Positions 63,081 to 64,000 of a DNA stretch of 64,000 bases are shown piece by piece. This stretch comes from Eledone cirrhosa (lineage: Eukaryota). The position numbers and the translations under genes are program-made. A model generated the notes under the pieces. The model saw nothing but the letters and a program-made list of their open reading frames with translations. It searched no databases and had not been told where the DNA came from. Every line of letters starts with the position of its first letter. Position 1 is the stretch's first letter. The stretch spans positions 1 through 64,000 of the forward strand of contig CAXHJY010000392.1 of NCBI GenBank assembly GCA_964016885.1, in the 5' to 3' direction.

Positions 63081-64000
63081 TTCCGTCGAAATTCGTTCTT
63101 CACCAAGATATCTTTCTCTACCTTCTTTTCTCCCAAAACTTCGTTCTTCACCAAGCTATCTTTCTCTACCTTGTCTTCCCTCAGAACTTCGTTCTTCACC
63201 AAGCTATCTTTCTCTACCTTGTCTTCCCCCAAAACTTCGTTCTTCACCAAGCTATCTTTCTCTACCTTGTCTTCCCTCAAAACGTCGTTCTTCACCAAGC
63301 TATCGTTCTCTACCTTGTCTTCCCCCAACACTTCGTTCTTCACCAAGCTATCTTTCTCTACCTTGTCTTCCCCCAAAACGTCGTTCTTCACCAAGCTATC
63401 TTTCTCTACCTCGTCTTCCCTCAAAACTTCGTTCTTCACCAAGCTATCTTTCTCTACCTTGTCTTCCCCCAAAACTTCGTTCTTCACCAAGTCATCTTTC
63501 TCTACCTTGTCTTCCCTCAAAACTTCGTTCTTCACCAAGATATCTTTCTCTACCTTGTCTTCCCCTAAAACTTCGTTCTTCACCAAGCTATCTTTCTCTA
63601 CCTTGTCTTCCCCCAAAACTTCGTTCTTCACCAAGCTATCTTTCTCTACCTTGTCTTCCCCCAAAACTTCGTTCTTCACCAAGCTATCTTTCTCTACCTT
63701 GTCTTCCCTCAAAACGTCGTTCTTCACCAAGCTATCTTTCTCTACCTTGTCTTCCCCCAAAACTTCGTTCTTCACCAAGCTATCTTTCTCTACCTCGTCT
63801 TCCCTCAAAACTTCGTTCTTCACCAAGCTATCTTTCTCTACCTTGTCTTCCCACAAAACGTCATTCTTCACCAAGCTATCTTTCTCTAACTTGTCTTCCC
63901 TCAAAACGTCGTTCTTCACCAAGCAATCTTTCTCTACCTTGTCTTCCCCCAAAACTTCGTTCTTCACCAAGCTATCTTTCTCTACCTTGTCTTCCCCCAA

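Larger units (their letters stand above)
1..64000. repeat. 48-bp tandem satellite array, head-to-tail, ~1,335 monomers, runs off both window ends
   Basis: Consensus AAAACTTCGTTCTTCACCAAGCTATCTTTCTCTACCTTGTCTTCCCCC recurs continuously from base 1 to 64000, usually with 0-4 differences per monomer and occasional 47-bp monomers. All translated ORFs show 16-aa periodicity. No inversion or unique insertion was seen. Confidence 0.99.

Noticed and set aside
35-63568. Giant plus-strand ORFs (up to 3068 aa; S/T/F/K-, P/S/L- or F/L/V/Q-rich)
   Set aside because: The monomer has no TAA/TAG/TGA on the + strand and its length is divisible by 3, so all three frames are open by default. The ORFs overlap, switch peptide type at each 1-bp deletion, mostly start at non-ATG codons and have no unique domain.
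318-64000. Minus-strand EDKVEKDSLVKNEVLG ORFs as functional CDSs
   Set aside because: They are broken by about 80 frameshifts and amplified stops, and lack true ATG starts or unique termini. Kept only as an ancestry hypothesis.
1-64000. CRISPR array or repeat-spacer memory system
   Set aside because: There are no unique spacers: the variable patch is 5 bp with a few recurring, mutationally related alleles. The repeat is not palindromic, and there is no leader or cas gene.
1-64000. G-quadruplex/i-motif or A-tract-bent DNA
   Set aside because: There is only one G5 run per 48 bp (43-nt loops) and it is the most frequently disrupted site. The single A4 tract per 48 bp is not in helical phase.
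1-64000. Pure sequencing or rolling-circle concatemer artefact
   Set aside because: Hierarchically shared, linked variants and nested duplications with private mutations indicate an evolutionary history. Local misassembly of individual duplications is still possible.
1-64000. Telomeric repeat, tRNA/rRNA, transposon or antigenic-variation cassette system
   Set aside because: There is no short telomere motif, structured RNA, terminal repeat, transposase/RT/recombinase ORF or expression locus in the window.

Overview
The whole 64-kb window is one uninterrupted, single-orientation tandem array of a 48-bp monomer. The + strand consensus is AAAACTTCGTTCTTCACCAAGCTATCTTTCTCTACCTTGTCTTCCCCC (about 1,335 copies; 44% GC; 75% pyrimidine). 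I found no unique sequence, real gene, RNA gene, transposon or CRISPR array, and both array ends lie outside the window. The giant ORFs are by-products of a 48-bp unit with no stop codon in any + frame or in one - frame. The real structure lies in the variant monomers. They show (i) nested, variable-length higher-order duplications (6- to 125-mers, plus a loosely recapitulated ~15-16 kb block); (ii) about 80 one-base deletions descending from only three ancestral events; (iii) a conserved ordered run of variant monomers recurring across the window; (iv) a hypervariable 5-bp patch in an otherwise stable monomer; (v) positional layering of variants; (vi) CpG-decay variants. The best call is eukaryotic-type satellite DNA, possibly derived from an acidic 16-aa coding repeat (LGEDKVEKDSLVKNEV). 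I cannot assign an organism or family, and I see no direct evidence of a novel functional system. Counts were made by eye and duplication boundaries are approximate.
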